From assembly GCA_964187785.1 (NCBI GenBank), contig OZ076409.1:83640001-83704000 (forward strand): a stretch of DNA of 64,000 nt, given 5' to 3'. Numbering within the stretch: the stretch's first letter is position 1; each line of letters begins with the position of its first letter. Positions 1 to 12,829 of the stretch are shown here, one piece after another. The translations under genes and the position numbers were made by a program. Below the pieces are notes generated by a model. The model made no database searches. It saw nothing but the letters and a program-made list of their open reading frames with translations, and was not told the DNA's origin. The stretch is from Amphiscolops sp. MND2022. Taxonomy: Eukaryota.

Positions 1-2412
1 CTTTTTTGTTATTGAGTCCTCAGGAACGAGCTCTAACGTTCTGATTTGAATTGACAAAACAGACAAAGTCACAGAAAAACGCAACTGAGATTCTGCTCTC
101 ATATGTAAGAAGTATAAGGAAAAAATCATGAAGCAGACAGACAATTTAGTTTGATTGCGATTTGTACTGGAAAAATAGTTTCTTCGAAGCAATTTCCGGT
201 TACTAGGGTCTTGTTCGTCCAAGTTTCCGTAAAATGCACATACAAACATGAAAAATGTTGGTATAGGTCAGAAAGATGACCAAACTACTACACTCAATTG
301 GCAATTATTTCGAACGAAACATTCTGAATTTATACCACGCTGGAAACGTATGGAACCATTTGTTTCACTGTATGGAATCACATGGTGTAATGAATGGAAA
401 CCTTCGAAAAAGGAGTTCGATCACGTCGGTGGCTCCACATCATAAGATCAAGATGACAACTGTGAAGGTTCGTTGTGGTTCAAGAAAAACAGTTGTTTTT
501 AATTATTCGTACGTAGTTTTGTTTAGGAGCTAGTTTGCGACGTTGCCCTTCTGAACCTTCACAAAAATTGTCTCTAGGTCTTTCGAGTTCGCAGGATGGA
601 CTTTGTTCCGAGAGAAGAGTTTAATTTCAAGCAAAAAATTTGTATTAGTCAGAGTATTAAAATCAACAATGTTGGTTTTTACACAGTACGTAAGAGTATA
701 ATGAAAACATAATTTTACAAGCGTCCAATTTAATATAAATATCCAATCAAGAATATAAAACTCGTTTAACAAATACTAGATACATACAAAAGCGAGTTAA
801 AATAACATTAATCAGGTAGGTTGTTTTTATTATAATAAAAACTTGCAGTTTTCGTATTCTTTCATGTCCAACAACTTGTTAGGAGTTTGACTTCTGACTT
901 GGTCAGATTTGGAGCCTTTTTAGACTTTGTGATCTTGCGTACTCGTTTCTCAACAATTTAGTGAGATAAGCCGTGTCTGATAAACAGCAAGGAGGGAGAT
1001 TTGTCAGGAGTTCTAGCACATGGAAAACTGAAGAATTTAGGAAATAAATTAATTTGATGCGACTAGCTGTGGTTAAGTCGGAGACAGAATGGTCTAATGT
1101 CAAGACTTTGAAGAAGTCTTGCAAGTCCAGGTGAACTAGGGATCTGGTTTAACCAGCGTTTAGCTAGGTTCTGTTTAGAAAAGTTTGCCAGAAGGCTCGA
1201 ACTGAAGGTTCGGCTCTTTAGTTTAGGAGTTTGAATTTAAGTAAGTTAGAGTATGTTAATATTGCCACGACCCAATATAATACTGTTGCAATAAGATATA
1301 TCTCGAATTGAGAAATTTATTTTGGAGCGTTTAGCTAAAGATCGATTTTCCTATAAAATTATAGAATAACCTTGTTGGTCAACATTTATTTTTAGGGCGC
1401 TTGAACTGAGGATTTGTTGTTGTCATGAGACAAGAAAAAAAAACATTTCTGGTCTGATATCTTTCATTGTTTTTTTTCTTGGTTAAAGAAAATAAACTAA
1501 CAGGAAATTCGGAGAGAGAGAGGGCCGAGAAAAACTGAGATTTTTTATTTACTCAAAAAGAGCAAGGTATGAAGTCAGAGCTGATAGAGACAGTGAAGAA
1601 GGAGTGACAGAGAGTGGAAGAAAAAACGACGAATTTCGTAGAAATTAGGTTTTTTGTATAAACCTACAGACATGCGAAACCAATCGTATTGATCGATTCA
1701 TATCATTGGGCCCGAATATATATTTGTCGCCATTATTTTGGCCCATAATTGGGAATGGATTAGAAACTAGGTCCGGCCAACTTTAAAACGATTTCATCAA
1801 CTAGCTAAAGTATTAGTGTAACCTAGTTGACTGACGTATTTTTACAATTCTTCTTTGGTTCTTATCGGGGGAATTCGTCCTCTCAAGTGGCGACTATTAA
1901 TCTTTCTTCAAAATAGTTCGTTTTCAATTCAGGGACCTGCAGTCGCAGAAGTGGCTTCGCAAGTTTTCGTTTGAAATATAATCCCTTGCACATGTGGGAA
2001 GAGTTTCTTTTATAGAGTGGAATTTATTCTTTCAAGTGACGCACTGTCGCAAGTTGTTTACTTTTGAAATTCGTTCAAGCGTGCTTTTGAAAATTGAGAG
2101 AATTCGAATACGTGTTCACGAATATTCTAGCTTCGAAATGACATTTTTATTGACATACGTTTTTCGAAATGTTATTCGAAAAGTTCGAAAAATTGAGTAT
2201 ATGTCAGCGTTAAATGGAAATGTTGGACGTGGCCTGGAGCTGCAAACAGAGTTTGTAGGTTTTTACTACTGAAGTCTTGATGATGGGAATTTGGAGGAGC
2301 TCTGCTAGTGAGATCTCAAGAGTCTCACGTGACAGGACCCATTCCGAGAATGTGGCCCCTAATAGGTCCCATAAATCAAAAATCCTGTTAAAAAACGTCA
2401 GTCATTAGTAAA

Positions 2413-2625
2413 AGCACTGGGAAAGATCTGAAATCACTGGTAATATCACTGTTGCAAAAACACAGAATAAGGTCTAAAATCACTGGTAAAAACACTGGAA
2501 TGAAATTTAAAAATCTTGAAGTACTTGGAAAAATACATGAACAAGATCTAAAGTGACTTGTAAAAATATTGGAATAAGATTTAAAATCACTGCTGAAACA
2601 GCTGGAAGAGATCTAAAATCACAAG
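2413..2625. repeat. Degenerate minisatellite, ~32-bp unit
   Basis: About 6 imperfect head-to-tail copies of AAATCACTGGTAAAAACACTGGAATAAGATCT. Confidence 0.75.
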
Positions 2626-4252
2626 ATCTACAACTCTCGTGTAGTTTTTGAAACAGCAAACAGTATCTGTTATAGGTACTCTATTAGGAAGACTCAAAAA
2701 AACTACAGGTCTACCCGTTGTTCTTTTTTCAAAAAAACTCCCATCCCGAAAATCGTAACTTTTTTGTGACGAACGAGACGCTGTCCACCTCATAATTTTG
2801 AAATTTCAACAGATTTGAATTCCGGCTTTTTTCATGAGATTCCATGGATGGAAACATATGAAAGGCAAGAGGTTCATGGTGCTATGCATGGAGTCGCATG
2901 GGATTCAGCCAATCATGTGGTTCTATGTATGGAACAGCATGGAAGCCTCATGAATTGGGATCCGTGGTACAAGAACTGTCACGACAGTATCATTCATCTC
3001 CTACGTTATGATTGAGTGAAATAAACGCTATAAATTCAATTGCATTCTTGGGCGATGTCTTTTTTTACTGTTTAAGTTTTATCCGAACCGATTATTAAAC
3101 TTAACATCACTGGATGCACGCTGTCAAGTTGTCGAGAAATTTTTTTCTGCCTGTGTTTTCAGATGAGTGGGAGAGTAACAGTTCACTGTAGACTTTAAAT
3201 TTAAGAATTGGTTCAAAAAGCTCTCAATTCTCCGCTTTTCAGCTTCTCAAAAAAATTAGTTCATTTGTGTTTCAGCTCTACTGCTAATTTAAAGTTAATA
3301 AAAATACCAATAAAACTTTTTTAATGAGACCAAGGAACCGTTCGAGGCACTAAAAATTGTATCATGGGATATCAAAATTGAGCAATGAAAGTAAGAAGAC
3401 TTAATATCGATAATTAATTAACAGTGCAATTTATATTGAACATCTTAGATAGTTAAACAAGTTGGTAGTTCAAAAATAACACAAATAGCTTTAATTCAAG
3501 AATCGATCTTCAACCAACAATATCTAGATGTAATCCCATTTTCGACTCAGAAAAGGCACTTTATAATGACGGCGGATACCTTCGGAAATTTAAATCGATT
3601 TTTGACAGTGAATTATTGGAAAGTGCTATGAAAATCTCCACATGAAGCTCATTCGGCTTTGATAAATTAGAAAGACTGTCTACTTTTTCGCACTAAATTC
3701 AGAGCAATAAAATTATTTACTACTTGCTCTTCTTCGGATAAAAATAGCCGCATTTGTTCATTCTCCCTGAATTTAACCGGCGCATCCCAAACTGTTTTCG
3801 GGTGACATTGAAAGGTTAATATCTCAAAATTTTATAAATTTGATTTTAAAAAGTCACCACCCTAGCCTAAAAGTTTCCCTGACCATTCAAATTTTGTACT
3901 ATTTATATAAGATTTCGCGAAATCTTTTTGACAGATATATACTGAACACTCTTAATCAGTTAATCAGAGTTAATCGCTCGAGCTCAGAAATTTAGTGCAC
4001 TTTCAGAACTTTCTTCCACCATTTTCAGCCTTCCATAAATTCTATTCATAGCAAACAAAAATGGTTCACCCTTCCAAGCAAACGTGTCTAGCTGAGTTTA
4101 GTCTAAATTTTTTGAACAGACATGGAATTTTCATTTGTACTGTAGACTGATTTCTGACCAGAGCCTAGTTCTTCGGCTGAAACTGGAAACTATTACTGGA
4201 CGCAGTGATTGAAAATATTTACAAGAGCTTCTAGATGTAAGCCAAAATACAG

Positions 4253-4590
4253 AAAGTGAAAAAGATCTGAAGTTGAAAGCAAACAATCAGATCTAAATTT
4301 TGTTGTCTTTTTCTGTCAAAACAACGGAAAAAAGACAGCTGCATTTAATGTAGATGTAATTTTCTGATGAAAATGATCTGAATTTTTGTTGAACTTTTTC
4401 AATTGGAGGTTGTTTGATTTTACGGAACGTAAGATTATCAGCTACAAACTTGGGTTGTTTTGCTCTATCAATCTTGAATATGACTGTTGAGATGCTCATT
4501 CCCCGCAAAAAAGACTGAAACATCTTTGGACACTAATCTGATTACGGACACTAACTTGCTTTCAACTTCAGATCTTTTAGTTTACACTTT
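4253..4590. mobile_element. MITE-like inverted-repeat element
   Basis: AAAAGATCTGAAGTTGAAAGCAA near 4260 and its reverse complement TTGCTTTCAACTTCAGATCTTTT near 4556-4578; no TSD identified. Confidence 0.45.
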
Positions 4591-4666
4591 TGTTGGCAAC
4601 AATTCGAATTTTCAAAAAAAATTTGAATTCAAGGAAATGTAAAGCGAGCCGATACGTGCAAGACGT

Positions 4667-5107
4667 GGTACTCCTGACTGAGTGTGGTCCCTACAAAATT
4701 TATGCAGCCGGCCTGAAAACTCCTGACTAAGTGTGGTCACTAGCAAATTTAGAATACAACGTAAAGCAAACATTACTACATGTAGTTCAAAACAGCAGAA
4801 TTCAATTTACTAGCTTTTAGTGCTGTTACAGCCAATGTGTATGGAACTTGATTTGAAGAGGTTAGCATATTTGTTATATGGCTCGGTCGCTTCGCTCCCT
4901 TTGCCAAGTAGCATTATTGAGGCATGGCCATACGGCACGTCGCTCTGCTTCGCTTCGCTCCTGCATTTAGGGCACTAGAGGTATGAGAACATAGCTGACT
5001 ACGTTATAATAATTATTCCGACAGAATATGCAGGGACCACGCTTCCATTATAGGGACCACACTTAGTAAGGAGAAATCGCTTGGGACCACACTTAGTCAG
5101 GAGTACC
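4667..5107. mobile_element. MITE with 25-bp TIRs and 8-bp TSD (Merlin-like termini)
   Basis: Left TIR GGTACTCCTGACTGAGTGTGGTCCC, right TIR GGGACCACACTTAGTCAGGAGTACC; exact TSD CAAGACGT at 4659-4666 and 5108-5115; TIR motif repeated subterminally at ~4720 and ~5052. Confidence 0.85.
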
Positions 5108-6029
5108 CAAGACGTTATTTGATCTGAAAACTATTACTGAGAAAGCTCCCATCAAAAATGGTTTTATTCAACAGAAAATTTCAGAAAACCGAATTTCAAA
5201 AAAAATTGTTTAAAAAAATAGTTTTTTGTAATAAAAGTCGCACAGTTCCTAAAAATCGTAAGTAAGCCTTCTACTCTCACAAAACGCTGTTTCTGCTGAA
5301 AATCAAAGGGTAATTTGACGTTTAAGTTTTTACAGAAACGTCTCACAATGCTCAAAAAACGCCGAAGAGGGAGGTCCCTTTGGTCGTTTCCGCTTTTTAA
5401 CTAGCTTAGAATGTAGATCGATCTAAAGGAGCCCTTTAGTGTCTGCTGATCCACTTTAGATCTTGGACAAACTCAAAGAGTGGACCGATATTAGTGAAAC
5501 CAATATAGTGGACAAAAGCGTTTTGACTTTTTAAATCTTGAAAAACGTCGCGCAATAGGGCCGAAAACGCAATAGGAGAACCTTTTAGATTTAAAGAGCG
5601 CAAATGCCCAACAGAAAACAACCCGGGAATGAATGGTTGAAAGGACACCCCGCATGTGACTAAATCATATCAAAGTTTTTTGAGTTTGCTCAAGAAAAAT
5701 AAGACGAATCATGAATCGAACACCACAGGAAAAAAAAGTGATCGCCTCTCAGTTTCGAAAAAAACTCGGTTTTGTTCCACTTAAAACATCAAACAACACG
5801 AAATTTTTGGAAAACAGTGTGTCGAAACAAAGTCACACAGTGCCAAAAAACCCTTGAACGGACTCGCTCTACTCGCAAATCATTTTTTTTCTGCTGGAAG
5901 CTAGAAGGGCCCCTCTAGAGAAAAAATCGCTAAAAAGTTCTTTTGTACCAAAAAACATGAAGGGGACCCTTTGGTCTTCCCTCTACCTATGCAAATATAA
6001 AAAATTTTGGTGTAGGGCAGGACTCGAAC

Positions 6030-6220
6030 CCACTTACACACAGAGGAACATAATCACTTTGTAGGGAAGATCGAGAGTTAAACAAGATGGCAAGTGGAAA
6101 AGAGTTTCTTGCTTAACCCTCATAATTATGAGGTTAACCAGGAAACTCTTTTGCACTTGCCATCTTGTTCAACTCGATCTTCCCTACAAGGTGATTATGC
6201 TCCTCTGTGTGTAGGTGGGG
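6030..6220. repeat. ~190-bp near-perfect palindrome (foldback)
   Basis: Arms CCCACTTACACACAGAGG... and ...CCTCTGTGTGTAGGTGGG, centred on CATAATTATG (6121-6130). Confidence 0.9.
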
Positions 6221-8128
6221 ATACTTAAGTATCTATTGCTAGAGTTTGTTCACGTCGCCAGTTGTTTGGGTGCGCTTCCCAATCAGGCGGCCACAATTTA
6301 GATGCCTGCTGAAGACTAAATATCTTTTCGGCATTGTGCGACTTTTTCTCGAATATTATTTTATTAAAAGAAAAGCGTTTTCGAGATTTTTTCACCACTC
6401 TGAAAGTTATGAAAATGTCCTAACGTAAAAAGAGCATTTATACGAGACTGCTTTTTTCGAGCTTGAAGTGCGTCTTGTTACTAGTTAGTTTTAGAAAAGT
6501 TACACAGAATAAACGTTATCGTAGGACTTGGGAAAAGAATTTTCAGGATATTATTCCAAAGAGTAAACCCACCATTCGAAAGCATTTCAAAACAAAAAAA
6601 TTGTGCCTGAGCTTGGGAATTAGCAGGCGGATTCATTACAGTGCATAGACTAGCTTATTTTCTACAGACACAATTATGTGCGCGTAACCCCTTAGATTCC
6701 ACAAACATATCTTTAAACGTGCAAAATTGATTGAATTCCACTAGTTTCGTGGAAACCGAGACACCGTCAACGCAATTCTGAGGAATCCCATAACATATAC
6801 AAGTTGATGCTTCAGTACTTCAAATATTGTCCAAATTATGATGCCGATGACAATTTATGCAAAAGAACCTGCATATTTCAATTGAACAGCACCTTTTGAA
6901 CCTGTTTTGTAAGCTAAATCACTGCATATGAGCGTACATTTACCCTTGATTAGAGCAAATTTGTTATCGGCTCTGCTGCCATGGTACCGACCATTCTCAA
7001 TGTTTTATCGAGAGATAATCAAAAGTTCGCTTTCTATTGATTCCATTGATTTTTCGTGCATACCTTAATAGCTAACCAGTAATAATTATTTTTTCTACCA
7101 AATTTTGCCATTTCAATTTGTTATAACGTTCACGAGTATTATATTAATTTCATTTAGTATGTACAAACGTTGGAATTATAAATAGTTTTCTTCGGTCAAT
7201 TTCAAGCGATCTTTAAAATTTACACAATGGAAGTTAATTGAGAAGAGAGCCAAGCTTCTAATTAATTCACAACAACTTTAGCAACAAGTTAAGCAAGTAT
7301 AGGCTAATTTTTTGCCTAATCGAAGCGCGGCTTCTGAATTGTCAAAATTATTCTGATTTCATTCCTATCCTCTGTGACGGTTCTTCAATATTGTGACCGA
7401 TACCGGTGAGTTGTTTCATTTTCGAAATTTACTTCGGAAGCCTAATTTCTCGAACGTGAGACCGCAATACGCTCGCGATTTTTTCGATCTTGAATATATG
7501 AATGCTCGCTCGACTTTTCAAACAGTCCAGCGAGAGACAAAACATGGAACGTGGATCCAACCAATAGGGGTGAAACAGCCCAAAGCCCTAAAATGCTTAC
7601 GGGATAAACTTTCAGCTGAAATTTACATCAAAGACGTTTTTGGAAACTTCAAAGAGCTCATAGTTTCAAAGAGGCAATAGTTTCCGTCCACTATTTTATC
7701 GGCTTCCTCATCTCAATTCTTTAGATACATTAAAAATTTCTGGATTTCTAATTGTTCCCTGTGTAACTTTCCGATAGGGGCTCTGGACGTTTGAGAACAA
7801 TTTTCCGCGTGTCTGGAATCGACAGAAATGACAACTTACAAGTTTTCAAAAGCCCTTGAAATGAGCTATTATTTGATACATTCGCATTAGGATTCTTGTC
7901 AAAATTTCGGAAGTCAGAATACGCTATCGTAATTTTTTTGCACATTGCATGCAAATTTGTTTCAGCGTGTTGAAGCATTTTGATTATGAAAACGAGTAGA
8001 AATAGGAGTTGTTTGATGGAATGAGCCTTTAAATTGAGCCGCCTCGGTCGAAGGTATAGTGTTCTTTATAATCTTAGAAACTTGTCCATTGTGATAAGAC
8101 GATCTTGGAATAATGTATTATCTTAGTA

Positions 8129-10237
8129 TGTGTTGTAGTCTACGTTTCTAGCCAAGTCAGTTTCCTCGAGTTCTTTTGTCATTATTTCAGTTGGTTCAAT
8201 TCTCACTGTCGAACAACCCTGTTTCGACGAAGCTTTTGAAAGGTTTTCTCCCTTCGACGAGAGGTTCTTTTTTAATCTCAAAATCTCTCACTGTCCGAAC
8301 TCGGTATCTCCTAATATTTTAGACATCCGGCTATCGACCCTGTTCGTGATATCTTCGAGGTCACGTTCGAAAAGACACGGAATTTCGTCGGCAGAAGGGC
8401 TAGAGACTCCGCTATCATCTTGACTGCCTGACGGATCACTCCTCAACTTTCTCGTCTGAGATTTTCGGGTATGGTTTAGGTGAAACCTTTCATCGCGGCT
8501 ACTATTCAATTTGTTTATGTGGTTGCTTTTAAACCCACGGAAATAATTCAATCTATTGCCAAACGTTATCATCTGGAACAAAACAGCGAGGCAGGCTCAT
8601 CCTGATTAAAATATTGAGAAATTGGCAACTGATAAGCTGAGAAAATGAATTAGCTGAGAATATGAAATTGTAAAGATTACTTCGCAAAACTTAGTGCTGC
8701 TAAAGTCGAAGATGGAAAAATTATGGCCCTTCTCCAATCCCGCTTCAGGTAATTAAACTTTACCCTAGACACGCGGAATAAACCACGCGTGTGAATTCAC
8801 ACCTTGTTCAGTTCGGCGTCCGTCCCAAGGTAGGCAAATCCAAATAAAGTAGGCTTCCTCTGGACTCAGCGTTCAACGTCATCTCATTTTAAAGAAAAAG
8901 TGGGAATCAACTTCCTGCCGAGTCCTAATTCCGCCTCCCTTTCGTCTTCATTACCCGCCATTTTAGACTCCAAACCAACGTTGGCACTGAAATTCATCAA
9001 CCTAGCTACTGAAGCGGGAAAAAGAAATGATATTTTATCTAGATTTCTGGAAAATCTGCATAAGCACTGAGGGAAAAACTGACTAAAATATCTAGGAACG
9101 AACGGAATAAAATTTACTAAAAATATTTCCAGTAAAAACAACAAGTTTGGGATTAATACCTAGTTTTTCTGCTGGTTGATGGTAACTGAAATGTCGTCAC
9201 CACGCCGGTGATCCAGGTTAAACAAATCATGAATGGTTCAACAATCCTGGTGAAAAAGTAAATGTCATTGAGGTCACACTTACAGCTTCAATTTACACAA
9301 TGGGAAACAAAATCATCGAACCAAATATATGGTCAATACAACTAATTAATAAAACAAGTCTATTGCCCCGGCAGCGTACTCAGACAACTGACACCATTAC
9401 ATTGCCTGGGAATTTGATTCAAAATGACAATGCAATCACTGTATTAAATTGGATGCAATCAATTAGTGAAGAGAGATTATTCATTCGAGAGCGGTACACA
9501 GCACACAATTGTAAATATTACAAAAACAACACAAGTCGTTTGACATGAAATAAGCCAAGTAATTCGTCCTGGACATTTACTCAGTTCAAAGTTCTGAGTT
9601 AGTTGCCTGGACGGTTGACTCAGATTGAAAATCAACTAAAAAATGCAATACATACCAACATCATCGATCATTCCTTCCTTATGTTCCTTCATTTAAGCTT
9701 CTTTTGTGCTCGTGGTTAGTATGTATAATACAGCGGTACGGCTAATATGTTAGTGAAAATTGAAGAGTGCGCAGAAATGGTCGACTGAGCGGTTGACTCA
9801 GATCGACTCAACTTATAGGCCGGCTGGGACGGCTACTCAGTTGAGCGAGAGTATAAATGCGCTTCACTGTGATTGGCTGGTTTGTTCAGCCTTTACTTGA
9901 TGAATTATATTCGCTGCACTAGCTGAGGCAGCACTCCAGTCAACGCGCTAACTGAATTAAATCCAATCATCGCGCTGGCTGCTTGACTACAAACAAATGA
10001 GGCACTTGATAATGTTTAAATATTTACATCTTTATGTATTTCATGTACTGCGCTGAGTTCTCATCATTATTAAATAACTATTTACTTGAATATTTAGTAT
10101 TATAATTGATGTTTGATGGAAGTTGGCTTTTTAGATTATCTGTTGATTCCTCAGTCTCTTTCTGGTCGGTTTCTCTGCCCCCTTTCTCAGGCGTTCTCGT
10201 TTGGTTTATGGTCACGCAGCACTGCGAGACTGCGACA
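8129..10237 (-). mobile_element. Degraded LTR related to element B's LTR
   Basis: Peptide DEIPCLFERDLEDITNRVDSRMSKILGDTEFGQ*EIL aligns with B's ENVPSISDRDFSELSEKIEKSVTRRIKDAEVGQREIL; 8795-8830 and 8920-8968 resemble 45200-45240 and 45325-45375; starts TGTGTTG like B. Right boundary (TGCGACA) is tentative and no TSD matches. Confidence 0.65.
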
Positions 10238-11550
10238 GTGAGATCTTAGTAAGAATCTTGCCATGGGATCCATGGTTGCCAAGTTGTAGTAAGATCTCGC
10301 CCAGACAGCCAATACGCTAGTAAGAGGGTCAACCCAGGTAGTTCGTTGTAGAGCTTAAGTGACATTTCCTCACTTACAAGTAAAATTTTGCCTTGATTTC
10401 ATGGACAAAGGAGATTATTGGACCACCCGAAGCGTACATACATGAAATTGTGAACCTACTATAATATAAAGGGCTGAAAACGTATTCAAATTAGATTTTT
10501 TTCACTCGTTTTGTCGTGTCGTGTTGTCAATACTGTGACCACTTGGACAGTGCTCAAAAGCAAGATAGAGGAAAGTGATATAAACCTAACATTTCAGATC
10601 TTTGACCTTTGTGAGCCAAAATTTTCACTATATGACCAATATGGTCAGCCTTATACAAACGACCAAGCAAATGGTAATTTTTATGCGGCTTTGGACTTCC
10701 GTTCAATTTCTGTGGTTTTGGATATTTCACTTGGAAATTGTTCTATTTAAAAGGAAAACGTTGTTTGACACTGAATTTTTACTGTTTCATCATATCAAGT
10801 TCTTACCGAGAAACTCAGCATTGTGTATGAATAACATAGTTCAGAATGTATCAGTTCAAATACTTCGGCTCCTTATTGACAGAGAGTGACAAAGGAGGAT
10901 AACTAAAACTATCTGCCAGTATGCCTGGCCTCATAGCACAGATGGTTTTGTCATCTTTATTACGGTAATTAAGGTAATCCAGATTAGCAGTGTATGTTTA
11001 CTACCGCAGTGTGGGACGTTGAAAATTGGCAAAACGACATTCAAGTTTGTTTTCCAAAATCAGTCTGTTTTATCATTCTTGATTCCAATTGGCTAATACC
11101 ACAAATTAGACAATCAATATTAACAAAATAGACATTCAAAATTAGCATGCACGACTATCATGCTACTAGAGAGGTAGAAAGAATGAAAGTTCTGCTTCGC
11201 ATAGCGGCGCAAACTTTCAATCCTAATTACCAGCGGTATGCTGGAAGTAGTCTGCTAAGGGATTGCTAAAATAGAAGGTCGATTTGGGAATTTTGAATGT
11301 CTATTTAGAAAATCTAATCTTTCATCGGATTGGTTCGGGAATTTTGAATGTCGTTTTGCAAATTTTCAGCGTCCTACACTGTAGTGCAGTGTGTGACTGA
11401 GACCGGATTTTTAACAGTTAAAGAGGTTTCGTTCTGGACAATGTCTTCTACACCGTCTTCTTCTTCAGCTTCAATGACACTCCACTTTGTCGTGATAAGG
11501 GGTACGCAGAGGTTATTAAAAATTAATTGGAAAAACGGTACATTGCCAGC

Positions 11551-11966
11551 GGGAGCGGCTCACTATGCAGACGGTTCATAAGCCGCCCAAATAAATTCAT
11601 TCTCAGTGCGTGATTGAATTCATTGTGAACGCGTGATTAAATTCATTCTCAAATTTGATTGGACAAAAATCTAAGCTGAGAATAGTACATGTAAACAAAA
11701 TAGCGTCCATCGAACATTACGATAACGTAGTCAGCTATGTTCACATACCTCTAGTGGCCTAAATGCAGGAGCGAAGCGACGTGCCATATGGCCATGCCTC
11801 AATCTTGCTACTTGGCGAAGGGAGCGAAGCGACCGATCCATACAACAGATATGCTAACCTCTTCAAAGAAATGACTTTATATAATGAATTTACTTGGTCG
11901 GCTTAGTGAACCGTCGGCTTAGTGAACCGTCGGCTTAGTGAATCGCCGGCGTTGTGCATTGCCCCT
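11551..11966. mobile_element. MITE with subterminal inverted repeats and 8-bp TSD
   Basis: TTGCCAGC at 11543-11550 and 11967-11974; ends GGG...CCCC; GACGGTTCATAAGCCGCCCAAATAAATTCATT is inverted against AATGAATTTACTTGGTCGGCTTAGTGAACCGTC; 16-bp unit repeated 3x at ~11897-11945. Confidence 0.7.
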
Positions 11967-12829
11967 TTGCCAGCTAATTGCAATCACTTAACTGATTTTT
12001 GACTTATTACATTTACAATAAATCAGTTGAACGTTAGCCAATTAATTGCATTGTAATTGTGTAAAATCTTTATGGTATTATTTGCTGGCCATCAAGGCAA
12101 AATTGCAGTTTAATTGTGACATGTCAATCACTTATTGTTTCACGCTCACTTCTTACAATCAATTATTGCAATGATTGCAATATATTGTAAAAACACCTAC
12201 GATTACTGTTGAAAACTGTACTATGCAATGAAATTTGAATTTCGACTCAAAGTTGAAGCTTGGAAACCCAATGTGCGTTCCAAAAATTGCGGTTCATCAT
12301 TAGAGTCAGTTGAGTTTCGAAATGCATTGAGTTTCGTTTTTTCGTATAGTCGTTCAAAATGTAACGACTGACGGTGAAGAGCCTCTCTGGTACAATCCAA
12401 TTGTCTACCAATTTTCGTGCCAGCCGCATGATGTAACTTCCTCCGGTTTCCGCTACTAGTTTAACAGTAAATGAGTAAATGAGTCAGAGTATCTCGGCGA
12501 CAATAATTGTGCAAATCCTCAATCAATGATTGTACTTTGAAAAATCGAAACATTATAAATAGCAATAATTAAATTGACTAATTTTGTTTGAACAATAAAT
12601 TTTTCCAGCTCTTGCTCAGGGTTTATCAAAAGTCTTTGCGCAACGAAACATGTGTCGGAAAATTAATTGATTGCTAATATATATAACGACAAACAATTGA
12701 TTGGATCAAAATAAAATATTTGTAAATAATTGCACGACAAACTACTTTTTAGTCCGAGAAACTTTTGTCCAATTTAAGGAACAACTGCGCGTCCAGATTA
12801 GCTGAAAGAACAAGAATGAACGCCTATGC

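Noticed and set aside
248..8000. Short 60-95-aa ORFs and dispersed CATGG-rich patches (~350, ~2840; also ~10260, ~44290)
   Set aside because: No recognisable domains or exon chain; the CATGG patches look like a degraded dispersed repeat whose ends cannot be defined.
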